Origin: Patescibacteria group bacterium
GTDB taxonomy: Bacteria; Patescibacteriota; Microgenomatia; CAYGWK01
Reading direction: 5' to 3'
Assembly: GCA_049322615.1 (NCBI GenBank)
Contig: JBMORX010000010.1
Coordinates: 25,416-89,415 of the forward strand
DNA: 64,000 nucleotides
Shown here one piece after another: positions 38,355 through 47,530 of this stretch. A model generated the notes under the pieces. That model was not told the origin of the DNA, did not search any database, and saw only the letters and a program-made list of their open reading frames with translations. The position numbers were made by a program, and so were the translations under genes. Positions within the stretch are counted from its first letter, which is position 1, and the number at the start of each line of letters is the position of its first letter.

Positions 38355-39779
38355 ATGCGAGCGACGACGAAGTTTGTCTGCCAGCAATGTGGATATGAGT
38401 CGGCTGGGTTTTTGGGCCGCTGTCCAAATTGCCAAACCTGGGGAAGTTTAGTTGAGACGTTGGTGCCAGGAGAAGAGACCCGCCTTCGCCAAGGCTTCGG
38501 CGGGCAAGGGGCGGAGGTAAAACCAGTGAGTCTTGGAGAAATTAAAGTTTCCACCCTTCAAAGAATTTCCACCAAAATCCAAGAGTTTGATCGGGTTTTG
38601 GGTGGAGGAATCGTCCCAGGCTCGGTTATTCTTTTGGCTGGCGACCCAGGAATTGGAAAATCAACCCTGCTTCTTCAGGTAGCAGCAGAAATAAGTGATA
38701 AGGGCGAAGGGCGAAGTGGGAAGCAGGGAAATTTAGTTCTCTACGTTTCGGGAGAGGAATCGCCGGAGCAGATAAAAATTCGAGCCGAAAGGCTGGGGAT
38801 TAAGAATAAAAATATTTTGTTTTTGACCGAGACGAATGTAGAAGCGGTAATTGAGGAGATAGAGAAATGGGAAATGAGAAATGGGTCGGGAAGTGGGGGT
38901 GGGAACTGGGAAAACAAAAATCATCTCACTTCTCACATCTCACCCCCACCCATTCTAGTTATTATCGATTCCATCCAAACCCTCTATACTTCCTCTTTAA
39001 CCGGAACCGCGGGGAGCGTTGGTCAGGTAAGAGAGTCTGCGGGAAAATTACTCAATTTTGCCAAAACGCACGGAATTCCCATGTTTTTTATTGGTCATGT
39101 AACCAAAGAAGGGGCGATTGCCGGACCAATGGTTTTGGCTCATTTAGTTGATACGGTTTTGTTTTTTGAAGGAGAGAGATTTCAGAGTTTAAGAATCCTT
39201 AGGAGTTTTAAAAATCGTTTTGGACCAACCGATGAAGTTGGCGTTTTTGAAATGGGAGAAAAGGGACTTGAGGAGGTCTCAAATCCTTCAAAATTATTTT
39301 TAGAAGAAAGAAGAGAAAAAGTTCCTGGATCAGTCGTTACTTGCCTAATGGAGGGTTCAAGACCCTTGCTTTGCGAAATTCAGGCGTTGACTGTTCCCAG
39401 CCAACTTGCCATTCCTCGCCGGGTTGGGCAGGGAATAGACTGGAATAGACTTCAGCTTTTGGTGGCGGTTTTATCAAAAAGAGCAGGCCTTCCCCTCTCT
39501 TCTTTTGATGTCTTTGTTAATGTCGCTGGCGGAATTAAGGTGGCAGAACCTGGAGTAGATTTAGCTGTCTGTCTTGCTATTGCCTCATCTTTTGCCGATA
39601 AGCCCTTGGACCCCAAAATCTGCGCCTTAGGCGAAGTTGGACTGTTAGGAGAAGTCAGACAGGTCGGAAATTTAGAAAAAAGAGCCAAAGAAGCCCGCCG
39701 ACTGGGATTCACAAAAATTTTAAGCCCCAGGGAAGTCAGAACCGTTTCTTCAGCCATCAAAACCTTCATCGGCAAATAA
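38355..39779 (+). CDS. radA: DNA repair protein RadA (Sms)
   Basis: N-terminal Zn finger CQQCGYESAGFLGRCPNCQTW; Walker A LLAGDPGIGKSTLLLQ; KNRFG; Lon-like C-terminal domain. Confidence 0.85.
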   Translation: MRATTKFVCQQCGYESAGFLGRCPNCQTWGSLVETLVPGEETRLRQGFGGQGAEVKPVSLGEIKVSTLQRISTKIQEFDRVLGGGIVPGSVILLAGDPGIGKSTLLLQVAAEISDKGEGRSGKQGNLVLYVSGEESPEQIKIRAERLGIKNKNILFLTETNVEAVIEEIEKWEMRNGSGSGGGNWENKNHLTSHISPPPILVIIDSIQTLYTSSLTGTAGSVGQVRESAGKLLNFAKTHGIPMFFIGHVTKEGAIAGPMVLAHLVDTVLFFEGERFQSLRILRSFKNRFGPTDEVGVFEMGEKGLEEVSNPSKLFLEERREKVPGSVVTCLMEGSRPLLCEIQALTVPSQLAIPRRVGQGIDWNRLQLLVAVLSKRAGLPLSSFDVFVNVAGGIKVAEPGVDLAVCLAIASSFADKPLDPKICALGEVGLLGEVRQVGNLEKRAKEARRLGFTKILSPREVRTVSSAIKTFIGK

Positions 39780-40884
39780 CTTTTGGGACCACAAAATCCA
39801 GCACAAAATCCAGGACTATCCTGGGTTGTCTCTGTAAACAATCGAATCACCATCGAATGACTACTGAATTACTACAGAATCACCTTCTTATTTAGAATTG
39901 TCAACCTTTTCCTCAATTTATCCACAAAATCCTAAAACTTCTAAAAATTAGTCAAAATTGAAGCTATTTCCCTGGAGAATTTTCTTATAAGACATAGCAT
40001 TTTTACTCATCTTTTTCTTATAGGATTGACAAACTTGACAACCTGTGATATATTTGGAAGTGTATGAGCAAGAGATTTTTGGGAAACTTCTTAAAAAGAA
40101 GAATCAAGGTAAAATTACCTAATTTAGGTAATGGAAAAACCATTCTAGGTCTTTGGGGAAGCGAGCAAATTAAAAAATTAGGGAGTCTGGGGCAGGATTT
40201 GGTAATAATGAGAATGTCCGCCTAATCTTACTTCTCGCCTTACCCCGTCTGACGGGGTGCGGCTCGAAGAGCGATTATCGGCGGATAAAGGATGAAGGTA
40301 GTAAGTAATTAGTAATTAGTAATTGGTAATTTGGATTAGTTCATTGAAATTTTTCGCGTTAATCAGCGCGCGACACAAGTAGACACTTAAGGTAATCAGA
40401 GGTTTGCGTGTCGCGTAATCTGCGTTAATCCAGGCCTATCAGCGGGGAAAGAGTTCCAGAATGAACAAAAGAGCATTGCTATCGCTGGTTTGATAGAGTC
40501 TTACCACGAGTAGCAATGCTCTTCGAACGGTTTTCAAGTTTGGACAGGAAACTTGTAAAACCGTATTGACAATAGCATATCCTAACAAGTCTGTCAAGGG
40601 GTAAACCAGAATAATATTCGGTTTACCCCGCAGACCCCGCGTATAGTGCGGCGTTGCCGCAACGCGGCTTTACGCCGTTAAAATCGCGCCATGAGTCGCG
40701 CTACGAATAGTAGATAAGACGAATGGCAAGATTATACGGGGTCAAGTGGATAAGTTGGTTGACTTTAATTTTGTTCGACCCTAGAGATGGCGGGTGGTAT
40801 GTAGGGCAGGCGTACCACCTGCCTTTTGTGGGGTCGAAAATTGTTTTACGTGCCAGGCGTACTCTGTTTTCATAATTTTGGGTC

Positions 40885-40913
40885 TTGACAAGAGTAGAAA
40901 TTTCGTTTAAATT
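40885..40913 (+). promoter_or_regulatory. sigma70-like promoter (TTGACA-17-TAAATT) upstream of rho
   Basis: tcTTGACAagagtagaaatttcgttTAAATTag. Confidence 0.5.
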
Positions 40914-40979
40914 AGAATTGGATCACGATTGAATCGTGGTGGATTTTCCCCAAATGTTTTCTTTTTTCCTCTAAATCTT

Positions 40980-42149
40980 ATGATTTCTAAAACAAAAGGC
41001 ATATCTGTTGACAATCGAGTGTTGCCTGACTCAAGCCTTCCGACGGAATACCTTGAGGGAATCCTGGATATTTCCGAAGAAGGTTCAGGAGTTTTGCGAC
41101 CGAAGTTTATTCCTTCTGAGAAGGATATTTATATTTCCGCCTCACAAATCCGCCGCTTTTCTTTGCGTCAGGGAGATTTAGTTGGTGGTCAAGCCCGGGC
41201 TCCGAAAGAAAATGAACGCTACTTTGGTTTACTTAAAGTCGAGAAAATTAACGGTCTTGAAGCCGAGGGAGAGGAAATCCAAAAAAGACCATTTATTGAT
41301 GACCTAACGCCAATTTTCCCCCAACCCCAAATCAAACTTGAAACGGAAAAAGATGTTTTAACTTGTCGGATGATTGATTTGGTCTCTCCAGTTGGTTTTG
41401 GTCAAAGGGGACTGATTGTCTCACCGCCCAAGGCTGGCAAAACTTGGTTACTCAAAGATATTGCTGCGGGAATTGCTAAAAACTATCCCAAAGTTCACCT
41501 AATGGCGGTTTTAATAGGGGAGCGACCGGAGGAGGTCACTGATATCTCTCGAAGCGTTAAGGGCGAAGTGGTGGCTTCAAATTTTGATGAACCCCCAACT
41601 CATCAAACCAAAACTGCGGAAATTGCCCTTGAGCGAGCCAAACGCTTAGTCGAACTAGGAAAAGATGTCTTTATTATTTTGGACTCAATCACCAGACTTG
41701 CTCGCGCCTATAATCTGGCGATGCCGACCTCGGGCAGGACTCTTTCTGGCGGGTTTGATCCGGCCGCCCTTTTTCCCGCCAAGCACTTTTTTGGGGCGGC
41801 TCGAAAAATTGAAAAAGGCGGCTCTTTGACGATTATTGGCACTTGTCTTGTCGATACTGGTTCGCGCATGGACGATTTAATTTATGAGGAGTTTAAAGGC
41901 ACCGGCAACATGGAACTTCATTTGGACCGTCGCCTGGCGGAACGCCGGGTCTTTCCCGCCATTGATATTCAAAGATCGGGCACTCGCCAGGAAGAGCTTT
42001 TATATGAGCCCAAAGTGTACGAAAAGATTGTCACCATGAGGAGAATGATCGACATGCTTTCCCCTGAAGAGAGAACCGATGTCTTTATTGAGAGACTTAA
42101 GAAAACCAAAAGTGATAAAGAATTTTTAGAAAGCCTGAATAAGGGTTAG
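40980..42149 (+). CDS. rho: Transcription termination factor Rho
   Basis: CSD-like RNA-binding domain (GILDISEEGSGVLR..DIYISASQIRRFSLRQGDLV); Walker A GQRGLIVSPPKAGKT; RecA-like core; start codon uncertain. Confidence 0.85.
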   Translation: MISKTKGISVDNRVLPDSSLPTEYLEGILDISEEGSGVLRPKFIPSEKDIYISASQIRRFSLRQGDLVGGQARAPKENERYFGLLKVEKINGLEAEGEEIQKRPFIDDLTPIFPQPQIKLETEKDVLTCRMIDLVSPVGFGQRGLIVSPPKAGKTWLLKDIAAGIAKNYPKVHLMAVLIGERPEEVTDISRSVKGEVVASNFDEPPTHQTKTAEIALERAKRLVELGKDVFIILDSITRLARAYNLAMPTSGRTLSGGFDPAALFPAKHFFGAARKIEKGGSLTIIGTCLVDTGSRMDDLIYEEFKGTGNMELHLDRRLAERRVFPAIDIQRSGTRQEELLYEPKVYEKIVTMRRMIDMLSPEERTDVFIERLKKTKSDKEFLESLNKG

Positions 42150-42270
42150 AGAATAAATACCAATTAACCAATTATCCAATCAACTAATTATCCAATTTAA
42201 GATTTGTTGATTTGCTGATTAGATGATTAGTTGATTTGTTCCCCTTTTTGTGTTATCAATTTAATACTGA

Positions 42271-43356
42271 ATGAAAGAGCTGATTTCGGATTTTGTTTTA
42301 TTCTTGCGTGCTTGGGGAAATTATCTTTCCAAAACAAGTTTTCGCACCTATGTTTATTTTGAAAAAGCCAAAGATGCCTTGGTGGAAAAATTAACCTTCG
42401 GGCGAGGTAGGCTGGTTCGGCCCTTTGTTCATTCGGGAATGGCGGCTTTAGTGATTTTGGGAATGGCTCTGGCACCAGTGATTGCCTCTTCTGGCTTTGC
42501 TCAAAAGTCTTGGCAGGAGGTCCCCTCTCCTTCGGCAGTTTTATCCTCGGCAACTACCGCTGATCCCCAAACCACGACCTTAATCTCGGAAAAACCAAGA
42601 AGCGAAATTATAAACTATACTGTCCAGAGCGGTGATACTGTTTCTGGGATTGCCCAAAAATTTGGAATTTCCATTGACACCATTCGTTGGGCAAATAATC
42701 TTGAGTCTATCTCGGCAATCAAGCCTGGTCAAACCCTGCGGATTCTTCCGGTCACTGGCGTTTCCCATAAAGTTAAAAAAGGCGAGACAATTTATTCAAT
42801 TGCTAAATATTATTCAACTGATCCCCAAGGGGTGGTTGATTTTCCCTTTAATACCTTTGTTAATGATGAAACTTTTGCTTTGGCCGTCGGTCAAGTCTTG
42901 ATTGTTCCAGATGCAGTGATGCCTAAAGTCACTCCTTGGGCACCAGGGGTTTATATTGCCCGGAAGACTCCAGATGCCGGAACGGTCGTTGCTTCAGGAG
43001 TCTTTGTCTGGCCAGCCGGAGGAACAATTTCCCAACCATTTAGGTGGTATCATAAAGGGATTGATATTGCCAACAAAGGGGGTCCGGCGATTTTGGCCGC
43101 CGATGCAGGGAAAATTATTATTGCTGGTTGGCCTGATGGCGGAGGATACGGAAACAGGGTTTTGATTGACCACGGTAATGGCTATCAAACTTTATATGCT
43201 CATCTTTCAAGGATTTATGTCACTTCCGGTCAGACTGTCAAAAGGGGAGACCAAATAGGGGTGATGGGTTCAACCGGTCGGTCAACCGGCATTCATCTTC
43301 ACTTTGAGGTTCACAAGGATGGCGTTTCAATTGACCCAATGGGGGTTTTGAGATAA
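42271..43356 (+). CDS. LysM-domain / M23 family metallopeptidase
   Basis: Two LysM repeats (YTVQSGDTVSGIAQKFGIS.., HKVKKGETIYSIAKYY); M23 motifs HKGIDIA.., DHGNGYQTLYAHL, GSTGRSTGIHLHFEV. Confidence 0.8.
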   Translation: MKELISDFVLFLRAWGNYLSKTSFRTYVYFEKAKDALVEKLTFGRGRLVRPFVHSGMAALVILGMALAPVIASSGFAQKSWQEVPSPSAVLSSATTADPQTTTLISEKPRSEIINYTVQSGDTVSGIAQKFGISIDTIRWANNLESISAIKPGQTLRILPVTGVSHKVKKGETIYSIAKYYSTDPQGVVDFPFNTFVNDETFALAVGQVLIVPDAVMPKVTPWAPGVYIARKTPDAGTVVASGVFVWPAGGTISQPFRWYHKGIDIANKGGPAILAADAGKIIIAGWPDGGGYGNRVLIDHGNGYQTLYAHLSRIYVTSGQTVKRGDQIGVMGSTGRSTGIHLHFEVHKDGVSIDPMGVLR

Positions 43357-43692
43357 AATTAGAGAAATAAGCAAATAAGCAAATAAGCAAATAAGCAAAT
43401 AAGCAAATGACAAATATCAAATTATAATTTGTAATATTTGTTTATCGCGAAGCGACAAGTTTTGCTTATTTGAGATTTGTAGTATTTGCTTATTCTTGTG
43501 GGGCCTATAGGTAAACGGTATACCGCACCCTTCGCATGGGTGAATTCCGAGTCCGATTCTCGGTAGGTCCACCACGTAATCCCGCCTCTGGCGGGAAACG
43601 TGGTAGGAACGTTTTCGCCAAAGGCGAATTACGTTCCACCCTTCGTCGGGGGCATGCCCCAGACATGCACCCTTAATTCTTGATTTTAATTC

Positions 43693-43721
43693 TTGACATT
43701 TTTCTGAGCCAATGTTATCCT
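43693..43721 (+). promoter_or_regulatory. sigma70-like promoter (TTGACA-17-TATCCT) followed by the palindrome CAGCGTTACGTAACGCTG
   Basis: tcTTGACAtttttctgagccaatgtTATCCTc; palindrome at 43728-43745. Confidence 0.5.
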
Positions 43722-43761
43722 CTTTGTATCAGCGTTACGTAACGCTGTAACAAGAGAGGGG

Positions 43762-44292
43762 GTGAAGAGAGTGAGGAGGAGTTTTGAACCAAGAGAAAAA
43801 AGATTAGAGAAATTATCAAAAGAGCAACAATTAGATTTAATCTTTGACCTTATCAATGCCTTTAGTTTAGTAAGAAATCCTTACGAGACGGCTCTTTTAA
43901 TGGAGGATCTTTTGACCGCTGATGAGGTAAAAGATTTGGGCAAGAGGTTGCGCATCGCTAAGTTATTGCTTTTGGGGAAAACCCAGAGAGAGATTTCCGA
44001 AGAACTTCATTGTAGTCTGGCGACGGTGGCTAAAGTAAATTTGTGGCTTAACCAGAAAGGGGAGGGTTTTAAAAGAATTATTGCCAAATTGCCCAAAAAA
44101 TATCAAATGCCAAAGTTGCCTAGCCGACCTTTGACTTATCATTTCCCAGAAACATTAATAAGTTTAGCTTCCCATGCATTAGCCGTAAGACAAAAAAGAC
44201 AACTAGAGAATTTTGCTGACAAGATGGCGGACAAGGCCGTTATGGACAAATCGTTTCAAGAAGCAGTTGACGAAAAGTACCGAAATTCTTAA
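43762..44292 (+). CDS. TrpR-like YerC/YecD family DNA-binding protein (with an extended C-terminus)
   Basis: LLTADEVKDLGKRLRIAKLLLLGKTQREISEELHCSLATVAKVNLWL matches the YerC/YecD helix-turn-helix core. Confidence 0.6.
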   Translation: MKRVRRSFEPREKRLEKLSKEQQLDLIFDLINAFSLVRNPYETALLMEDLLTADEVKDLGKRLRIAKLLLLGKTQREISEELHCSLATVAKVNLWLNQKGEGFKRIIAKLPKKYQMPKLPSRPLTYHFPETLISLASHALAVRQKRQLENFADKMADKAVMDKSFQEAVDEKYRNS

Positions 44293-44388
44293 AAGAATTT
44301 TTTAAAAGATAGTCAGTTACAGTGTTACGTAACACTGTAACAAAGAGAGGTGGCGTTTGTGGTATAATAAATTGTGGCAGAATAATTT

Positions 44389-44464
44389 GGGCCGTTAGCT
44401 CAGTTGGTAGAGCGTCCCGATGGCATCGGGAAGGTCACCAGTTCAAATCTGGTACGGTCCACCA
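44389..44464 (+). tRNA. tRNA-Ala (GGC), CCA encoded
   Basis: GGGCCGT/ACGGTCC acceptor; anticodon stem TCCCG/CGGGA with loop ATGGCAT; T-loop TTCAAAT. Confidence 0.75.
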
Positions 44465-44758
44465 CACTTCGTCCCGATTAAATCGGGACTACGCGTGGCG
44501 AGCCACGAGTCAAGAAGTGTGCCCCGCGTCGGGTTTTGCCTTTAGAAATAAAAGATTAATTTGATTTGTTAGTGAGTATTCTGAAATTTGCTTTTTAAGT
44601 TTAAAAAGAGTATAGTCTAACAAGGAGTCGCGGATCAGCGTGAATCAGCGTTGTCTGAAAAGCACCTTCTCCTGGACGCGGAAAAACGCGGATACAAGAA
44701 GGAATCTTTGAGCAACGGAAGTATCTGCGTTAATCTGCGTTTCCAGAGAGGAGGTGAG

Positions 44759-45040
44759 AAAATGCCATTTACTGATCAAACATTAAAATGCCGTGATTGC
44801 GGCAAGGATTTTGTTTGGACTGCCTCAGAGCAGGAGTTTTACCAACAAAAAGGTTTTACTAATGCTCCGGTTCGCTGTCCAGATTGCCGGCAGGCAAAAA
44901 AGCAACAGAGAATGGGAGAAAGACAAATGTTTACCATTACCTGTGCCCAATGCGGAAAAGAGGACCAAGTTCCCTTTGAACCAAAAGGAGACAGACCAGT
45001 TCTTTGTCGAGAGTGCTTTAGAAAATCAAGGGGAGCGTAA
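44759..45040 (+). CDS. Double zinc-ribbon protein (93 aa, hypothetical)
   Basis: Strong RBS gagaggaggtgag; CRDCGKDF..CPDCRQ and CAQCGKED..CRECF CxxC pairs. Confidence 0.55.
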   Translation, partial: KMPFTDQTLKCRDCGKDFVWTASEQEFYQQKGFTNAPVRCPDCRQAKKQQRMGERQMFTITCAQCGKEDQVPFEPKGDRPVLCRECFRKSRGA

Positions 45041-45208
45041 TTCGGAAAACTCAGAGAAATCGGTGTGTCAGAAAAATCAGATAAGTCAGACAGTCAGAGT
45101 GTCAGATTTTCTGAGTCTCTGGAATTCTGATTCACTGGCGCTCTGAGTATTCCGACCGCGTCTGACGCGGTTCCGAGTTTTCTGATCCTCTGACTCTCCG
45201 AATTAGGG
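45040..45208 (+). repeat. Repeat family A copy 3
   Basis: ttcggaaaactcagagaaatc..tcagaaaaatcagataagtcagacagtcagagtgtcagattttctgag..ttccgagttttctgatcctctga; contains the hairpin ccgcgtctgacgcgg. Confidence 0.75.
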
Positions 45209-47164
45209 TGTCGGGCTAACCTCTGGCTCGACTCCAGTTGGGAGGCTTAGAGGAGGCTTTATTCCTGGGGGAAGCGGCTGGGGTTGACTAAGGGTTTCTG
45301 ATGGTTTTTGCGATTCTTTTTCCGCCTTTTCTCCTAATTTTTTCTTTAGGGCTTCAAGTTCGGAATTTGCTTTAGTAAAGTCATCAGAGTCTTTAGGAAC
45401 CAGGGAAAGAGTTGTTTCCATTGCGGAAACTGCTTTCTCGTAGTCTTTCTTTTCCCTTAAGGCAGCCGAAAGATTATAATGACCGTTGGCAAAATTTGGT
45501 TTAAGGGAAACTGTCTGTTCAAATAATCTTTGCGCCTCATCCCAGTTCTGCAGACTAAAATAAACTCCACCTAGGGAAAGTCTCAATTGGGGATTTGCTG
45601 GGTCAAGGCTGATTGCCTGCTGATAGGCGGCGATGGTCCAAGAATCTGACCCTTGGGCAAAATTAATTAAGGAACGATAAATTCCCGCTAAGTTTTCCCA
45701 AGAAATTGAATTTCTTGGGTCTAAAGCGACGGCTCCCTTTCCCTCTCTGATTGCCTGCTGGACTAAAATTGAGATATTCTGCCTGTCTTGGTCTGATAGT
45801 CCGCCAGCTGGCGGATTTGCCGCCAGGGAATTGGCTAAAGCCAAGTTTGTTTGCGAATAGGTCAGCCGATAATTAACTCGATAAGGAGCAAGGGTGATGG
45901 CTTGAATTTGGAAATTATAAGTTTCTGTTCCCTTGTTTTGGGCTAAGGCATCCAAGGAGCGCTTAAAATAAACTTCGGCGGCATAGGCTCGACCGATAAA
46001 GTACAAAGTGGAGAGGGCGAAGAGTGAAGTGGGGACGAAGATCACCCAGGGCAGGATTTTTGATTCCTCGGAGTATTCTTTGGTTGGAAGGCTTGCGGCC
46101 AAAAGAGCAAGTAAAAAGTAAAAAGTAAAAAGTAAAAGAAAATTGGCAGGAAGGACAAAAAACAGGAGCAGAGAGACTAAGAGACTAAGATACAAAGTGC
46201 TCTTAATATCATAATATCTTAATATCTTAATCTCCTTTAATATTTGCCAGATTAACCAGAGAAACATTCCTAAACCAATTACACCAACTGTTGTCAAAAG
46301 TTGAAGATAGAAGTCCGAAGAGACCCCGAATTTAACTGCCCAAAAATCTGAAAGATTGAAAGCCAAAGGTCTTAGTTGATTGAAGGCGACAATAAAACTC
46401 GTTGGACCAACCCCAAAAAGGGGAGCAAATTTTAAGGTTTCAATGGCAATCTGCCAGCCGGTTTGGATTGGGAGAAGGAGGGGTCGGGCACTGGTAAGCA
46501 ATTGATAAAGAGAAACACCTAATCCACCTAAAATAAATACCAATAATACCAATAAATACCAATAAGTACCAATAGAGAATCGGCGTTGATCAGCTTTTAA
46601 ATCAGCGTAAATCCGCGTGATGGTAAGCACCAGCGCCACCACCAGAAAGGTCGCCAAAGGTAAAAGACCACCGGCTGGGGTAAAGGTTTTTTGAACAAGC
46701 CAGACGGGAAGATTCAAATTCCAGACCTTGGCAAATTCTAAGAAAGAGAAAATGCTAATAAGTGCCAGGATACTGGCACTAGCAATATAGCAATATAGCA
46801 ATTTAGCAATATAGTTTTCTTTGAGATTGTTAACAATGATGAAGTAGAGAAGAGTTAGCGCCAGAATCGTTCCCGCTCCCCCAGGGAGAATGAGGGCTTC
46901 GGCTTTATTTGGGCTGACCGCAAAGGTTGAGAGCAAAAAAGCGGCGGTAATGGCTAAAACTGGGAGATCAAATGGTGTTCTTCTGAAAACAACCTTCTTT
47001 TCAAGAACCATCTTCAAAAGCCAAACAATTAGCAATATAGCAACATAGCAATAAAGCAAGATATTTTTATTAAATTCATAAAATTCCGAAGTTATCGGCA
47101 GGAAAAACAAAGGCAAAAGAAAAACTAAGATAATAAGCCCCCAGTTTATGATTTTGTTAAGCAT
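45203..47164 (-). CDS. Polytopic membrane protein with C-terminal TPR repeats (O-antigen-ligase/Wzy-like + TPR architecture)
   Basis: About 12 TM helices over the N-terminal 400 aa; C-terminal TPR-like repeats (AIYRSLINFAQGSDSWTIAAYQQAISLDP.., AQRLFEQTVSLKPNFANGHYNLSAAL); Pro-rich tail. Confidence 0.55.
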   Translation of the reverse strand: MLNKIINWGLIILVFLLPLFFLPITSEFYEFNKNILLYCYVAILLIVWLLKMVLEKKVVFRRTPFDLPVLAITAAFLLSTFAVSPNKAEALILPGGAGTILALTLLYFIIVNNLKENYIAKLLYCYIASASILALISIFSFLEFAKVWNLNLPVWLVQKTFTPAGGLLPLATFLVVALVLTITRIYADLKADQRRFSIGTYWYLLVLLVFILGGLGVSLYQLLTSARPLLLPIQTGWQIAIETLKFAPLFGVGPTSFIVAFNQLRPLAFNLSDFWAVKFGVSSDFYLQLLTTVGVIGLGMFLWLIWQILKEIKILRYYDIKSTLYLSLLVSLLLFFVLPANFLLLFTFYFLLALLAASLPTKEYSEESKILPWVIFVPTSLFALSTLYFIGRAYAAEVYFKRSLDALAQNKGTETYNFQIQAITLAPYRVNYRLTYSQTNLALANSLAANPPAGGLSDQDRQNISILVQQAIREGKGAVALDPRNSISWENLAGIYRSLINFAQGSDSWTIAAYQQAISLDPANPQLRLSLGGVYFSLQNWDEAQRLFEQTVSLKPNFANGHYNLSAALREKKDYEKAVSAMETTLSLVPKDSDDFTKANSELEALKKKLGEKAEKESQKPSETLSQPQPLPPGIKPPLSLPTGVEPEVSPTP

Positions 47165-47468
47165 AGGTGGCTAGCTCCTTTTGGTGGATTTCTTCTAATT
47201 TTCTTAGGGTTTTAAACTCTTCTTTGGTTGGCATATCAGCCTTTAAGTCAGAAACATCTCTTTTGATATCTCTGACATCCGTTTCCACCCTTTCAAGTCT
47301 TTCTTCTACCATTTTTAGTTCCTTTTTGGTAGCTAAATTTTCAAGATCTTCTTTAGTCGCCACATTTTCCAAGGCTTTCGTTATGGCTCTTGAAATTTGG
47401 GCCACTGCCTCCTCAATTTGCCTTTTTATAAGTTCATTAATCTCTTGAAGGTCTTTTTTAGTTAGCAT
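47157..47468 (-). CDS. Coiled-coil protein (103 aa, hypothetical)
   Basis: Heptad-rich, charged sequence; overlaps the downstream gene by 8 nt. Confidence 0.4.
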   Translation of the reverse strand: MLTKKDLQEINELIKRQIEEAVAQISRAITKALENVATKEDLENLATKKELKMVEERLERVETDVRDIKRDVSDLKADMPTKEEFKTLRKLEEIHQKELATYA

Positions 47469-47530
47469 ATTAGTTTATCACCCACAAATTGAATTTTATC
47501 TCACGATCTATCGGCGTGTCAACCCCGACT

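Noticed and set aside
40440-40880. Possible RNase P RNA (P4-like ggggaaagagttccag)
   Set aside because: I could not find the other universally conserved blocks (GGTAAGAGCGCACC-like, ACAGAAcCCGGCTTA-like); left as a generic ncRNA candidate only
44322-44564. ORF of 80 aa ending in AFRNKRLI
   Set aside because: It overlaps tRNA-Ala(GGC) on the same strand; only its last about 9 codons are meaningful, as a remnant of a GIY-YIG gene tail; the rest is spurious
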